Source of the DNA: Nanobdellota archaeon
Lineage (GTDB): Archaea > Nanobdellota > Nanobdellia > Woesearchaeales > JAHWHD01
Length of the DNA: 16,337 nucleotides
Assembly: GCA_034722435.1 (NCBI GenBank)
Contig: JAYENX010000017.1
Location: 1 to 16,337 of the forward strand
Direction of reading: 5' to 3'
Shown piece after piece: positions 15,110 through 16,337 of the stretch (positions are counted from its first letter, which is position 1; each line of letters begins with the position of its first letter). Under the pieces are notes generated by a model. It saw only the letters and a program-made list of their open reading frames with translations. It ran no database searches and had not been told where the DNA came from. The position numbers were made by a program, and so were the translations under genes.

Positions 15110-16020
15110 TTTTTGCTAGGCCAATTTTCATATAAATATTTATCTTTGAGCGTTCCTTTTACAAAATCTTCAATTACTTCTGCACCTGCCCATCTAGTAT
15201 CTTTAGGCGACCTTGGTTCGTCAGTCGTTACATAAACAACTTTTGTCCCTATTTTTTCAAGAAATTCTTTAAATTTAGGATTAAGATATGCTTCTCTCAC
15301 TTTTGTCTGGAATGGTATGTTTTCAAACTTACATTTATCGTCCTTACCCCCTTCTTGTGTACACCTATCTTTCATTCTTTTAGCAGATGTTTCAGGGGAC
15401 AGTTCAAGTATTGCTGTAATGTCTGGCCGATTTTCATCAGCTAATTTATTTCCTTCAAGTTGCCTTAGTTCTTCTACTCCGCCTTTTACCGAATCATCTT
15501 GTAGTAATTGAAAAATATATGAAGTTGTTCTGTCTCTTTCGCTATATACATCAATTCCCATTTTTCTAGCAGGGATAATTAATTTACTTAATAGTTCTAA
15601 CCTATCCTCCGCATAATGTTGACCATTATCTTTACCACTATATTGCTTTCCAATATCAATATTCACCCCTTTTTTTCTTATCCATAGACCTGTGCTCGCC
15701 CATGTAGGTTCACATACTAATATTGCTTCAAAAGGAACTTCTAAACCAAAATGTTTTTGTAAATCTTCAAAACTAGGTATTACATCTGCATATAGTTCAA
15801 CATTATCATCAACAGAAATTTCTTTAACTATTTCTTTTCCATATATCTGGACAAGAAGATTGGATTCAATTTTGTCTCTGCTTTTTATTCTCCAACATTC
15901 CCTTAAATCAAGAATATTTCTTCCTTGATTAAAATATAATGTTTCTGCAATACCATCTATAAATGCTCCTTTACCATTACAATCTTGTCCTTCTGCAACT
16001 AGATATAATCCTTTTCTCAT
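15106..16020 (-). CDS. tmk: Divergent thymidylate-kinase-like P-loop NMP kinase with a ~60-aa insertion
   Basis: AEGQDCNGKG P-loop, EPT, ER...TSYIFQ, RPD...LE.SPE...KRM..R, FE...FQ.KVREAY; TTAATAAA at 16043-16050. Confidence 0.7.
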   Translation of the reverse strand: MRKGLYLVAEGQDCNGKGAFIDGIAETLYFNQGRNILDLRECWRIKSRDKIESNLLVQIYGKEIVKEISVDDNVELYADVIPSFEDLQKHFGLEVPFEAILVCEPTWASTGLWIRKKGVNIDIGKQYSGKDNGQHYAEDRLELLSKLIIPARKMGIDVYSERDRTTSYIFQLLQDDSVKGGVEELRQLEGNKLADENRPDITAILELSPETSAKRMKDRCTQEGGKDDKCKFENIPFQTKVREAYLNPKFKEFLEKIGTKVVYVTTDEPRSPKDTRWAGAEVIEDFVKGTLKDKYLYENWPSKN

Positions 16021-16168
16021 AAAAAGACGAAATAAGAACTTCTTTATTAATGTTTTTCAATATTTAAAATATAGTTTAGTTTAGACAAATATTTAAACAA
16101 CGGAACTTTTTAATTTGTTGATTAGTGATTACTAATGCTGATTTTTGACTTAATTAACGTGATAAAAG

Positions 16169-16337
16169 ATGATTCAAAGAACTTCATGGAATGAATACTT
16201 TTTAAAGATCGCTTTACTTGTATCTGAACGTTCAACTTGTTTAAGAAGGAAAGTTGGCGCGATTGCTGTGAAAAATAAAAGAATTTTAGTTACTGCTTAC
16301 AATGGCGCAGTATCCGGTGCAAAAGATTGTCTGGAAC
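16169..16337 (+). CDS. dCMP deaminase, N-terminal part, truncated by the window end; absent from the ORF track
   Basis: [46 protein letters not shown]...DC matches the R.SWDEYF...A...RSTC.R..VGA.......GYNG start of this family. Confidence 0.9.
   Translation, partial: MIQRTSWNEYFLKIALLVSERSTCLRRKVGAIAVKNKRILVTAYNGAVSGAKDCLE

Noticed and set aside
1205-15928. Short antisense ORFs in the track (1205, 1484, 1820, 4529, 4626, 4786, 5049, 5759, 6137, 8024, 11039, 12344, 13390, 14483, 15317, 15692)
   Set aside because: Each lies largely opposite a well-supported gene, has no motif and shows the Ser/Ile/Phe-rich composition of shadow frames
11927-16337. Provirus or integrative element carrying the pyrimidine cluster
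   Set aside because: No integrase, terminase, capsid, replication gene or att repeat is visible, and expression signals match the rest of the window
1-16337. CRISPR array, rRNA, intact tRNA, IS element or alternative genetic code
   Set aside because: No regularly spaced repeats, convincing cloverleaf or transposase; TAA and TGA end genes at expected family lengths

Overview
AT-rich, gene-dense chromosomal segment with archaeal expression signals: TATA boxes about 22-25 nt before the first ATG of transcription units, and GGTGA-type Shine-Dalgarno sites before internal genes. It most resembles a DPANN/Woesearchaeota-like archaeon (inference; no marker gene is present). Four blocks: (1) a multi-TM membrane protein overlapping a winged-helix regulator, then a metallophosphoesterase; (2) an anaerobic ribonucleotide reductase operon, nrdR-nrdD-[61-aa glycyl-radical peptide]-thioredoxin-like-nrdG, with tandem NrdR boxes over its promoter, in which NrdD is split so the radical-bearing Gly is on a separate small protein; (3) korDABC-sucC, then a tRNA-like relic, a GNAT and a MerR gene, then sucD; (4) a pyrimidine-nucleotide cluster: a ParB/Srx-fold protein coupled to an MtrA-like/thymidylate synthase/DUF4346 fusion with non-canonical active-site residues, a HAD phosphatase, an unannotated 29-aa ORF, a divergent dTMP-kinase-like protein and a truncated dCMP deaminase. 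The best candidates for undescribed biology are the block-4 module and the split class III RNR. All family assignments come from motif recognition by eye; no searches were run.
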